Shown here: piece after piece, positions 63,273 through 64,000 of the stretch
Position numbering within the stretch: position 1 is the stretch's first letter
Layout of the letters: each line of letters starts with the position of its first letter
Origin: Candidatus Bathyarchaeota archaeon
GTDB taxonomy: Archaea > Thermoproteota > Bathyarchaeia > Bathyarchaeales > Bathycorpusculaceae
DNA: 64,000 bases
Assembly (NCBI GenBank): GCA_026014705.1
Contig: JAOZHU010000008.1
Span: 17,833 to 81,832, forward strand
Direction of reading: 5' to 3'
Notes under the pieces: generated by a model
Seen by the model: only the letters and a program-made list of their open reading frames with translations
Told to the model about the DNA's origin: nothing
Databases searched by the model: none
Position numbers and translations under genes: made by a program

Positions 63273-63581
63273 GTGACGACTGTGTGGCTTCTCGCCCTGT
63301 ATGTGTTGCTGCAATTCCTAGACGCAGCAATCACAGTCTACGGAGTCAACGCAGGATTGCTGTCGGAGCTCAACCCGCTGGTTCAGCCAACAAACCTCGC
63401 TCATGTAGCATTAAAGGCATTCGCAACCGTTGTAACAGCGTGGCTGATTTGGTTCGCCTATAAGCGAGCAGTCGCTGCCAACTCGCAAGTGTCCATCCGC
63501 CTTGTCTACGTGGCAACAGCAGGCTTAACGTTGTGGTACGCTTTCGTCGCTGTCCACAACCTCTACCATCTTTTTCTCTAG
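63273..63581 (+). CDS. small 3-4 TM membrane protein (DUF5658-like)
   Basis: LLQFLDAAITVYGV...ELNPL pattern. 102 aa. Confidence 0.4.
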   Translation: MTTVWLLALYVLLQFLDAAITVYGVNAGLLSELNPLVQPTNLAHVALKAFATVVTAWLIWFAYKRAVAANSQVSIRLVYVATAGLTLWYAFVAVHNLYHLFL

Positions 63582-64000
63582 TTCTCTCTAAACCTAAGGC
63601 AAATCAAGATGATTATGCCCCCTTAATGGCGCTCGAGTTTTCAGGGAACTCGAATTACCAAGAAAACAAGAGTCAGAATCATCTAAGTTTCTTGATCTCC
63701 ATAACGAGCGGTTTATGGCAGTTGACACATCTTGTCACAACAAGCTCAAAACCATTCAGTAGGTCAAAGTGGCGCCGCGTGTACTGGCTCTGTTTCGCGT
63801 GGTTACACGTAGCTTGGTTAACCGCAATTATTTGCCTCTCGTCCATTCCCCTTTCCCATAACCGCCTTTGTACGGCTGCGCAAATAACTTTTGTGGAAGA
63901 ATCTTCTATTCAGCGTGCACGCATCTGCACACTACTAACCAGTTGTTAGAGAAATGCAAGATACGCCACTTTCCAAAAACCGCTGAAAGGGGCACTTTCC

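Noticed and set aside
1-64000. Scan for CRISPR arrays, rRNA genes, IS elements with terminal inverted repeats, and further tRNA-derived att-like repeats
   Set aside because: No regularly spaced repeats, rRNA-like sequences or transposase signatures were seen. Only the tRNA-Ala 3' half is duplicated.

Overview
This window is an archaeal chromosome segment. The evidence is archaeal-type translation and CoA genes (Cbf5, L14e, S12/S7, EF-1alpha, DRG GTPase, pantoate kinase, archaeal PPAT, short XPF). By gene content it looks TACK/Bathyarchaeia-like, but that placement is inference only. Most of the window is housekeeping: metG, ileS, tuf, rps12, rps7, cbf5, rpl14e, a MiaB-family methylthiotransferase and an HtrA-like protease. 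It also holds many secreted or membrane-anchored surface proteins (PQQ-like and FG-GAP propellers, beta-helix, CarboxypepD_reg) and three tRNAs: Lys-UUU, Pro-CGG and Ala-CGC.

The standout is a ~13.2-kb integrated virus- or plasmid-like element at 49082-62279, inserted in the 3' half of tRNA-Ala(CGC).
- It is bounded by a perfect 44-bp direct repeat.
- Its tyrosine integrase gene is split by its own integration (SSV-type partitioning). The int(N) fragment at the left end and int(C) at the right end join in frame through the att site.
- The element is more AT-rich than its flanks.
- It carries four RHH-like regulators, chains of overlapping mini-ORFs (many Cys-rich zinc-ribbon type, below the 60-aa ORF cutoff) and iteron-like repeats.
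- It also carries a spike-like signal-peptide protein, small TM proteins, a P-loop NTPase and a membrane-anchored clan GH-A glycosidase.
- No recognisable capsid or replicase gene is visible.

Other observations are a block-wise flip of synonymous-site G+T versus A+C skew, poly-proline cytoplasmic tails on three membrane proteins, a GT2 gene lacking a canonical start, and several uncharacterised operons.

All homology calls come from motif recognition by eye. No searches were run.
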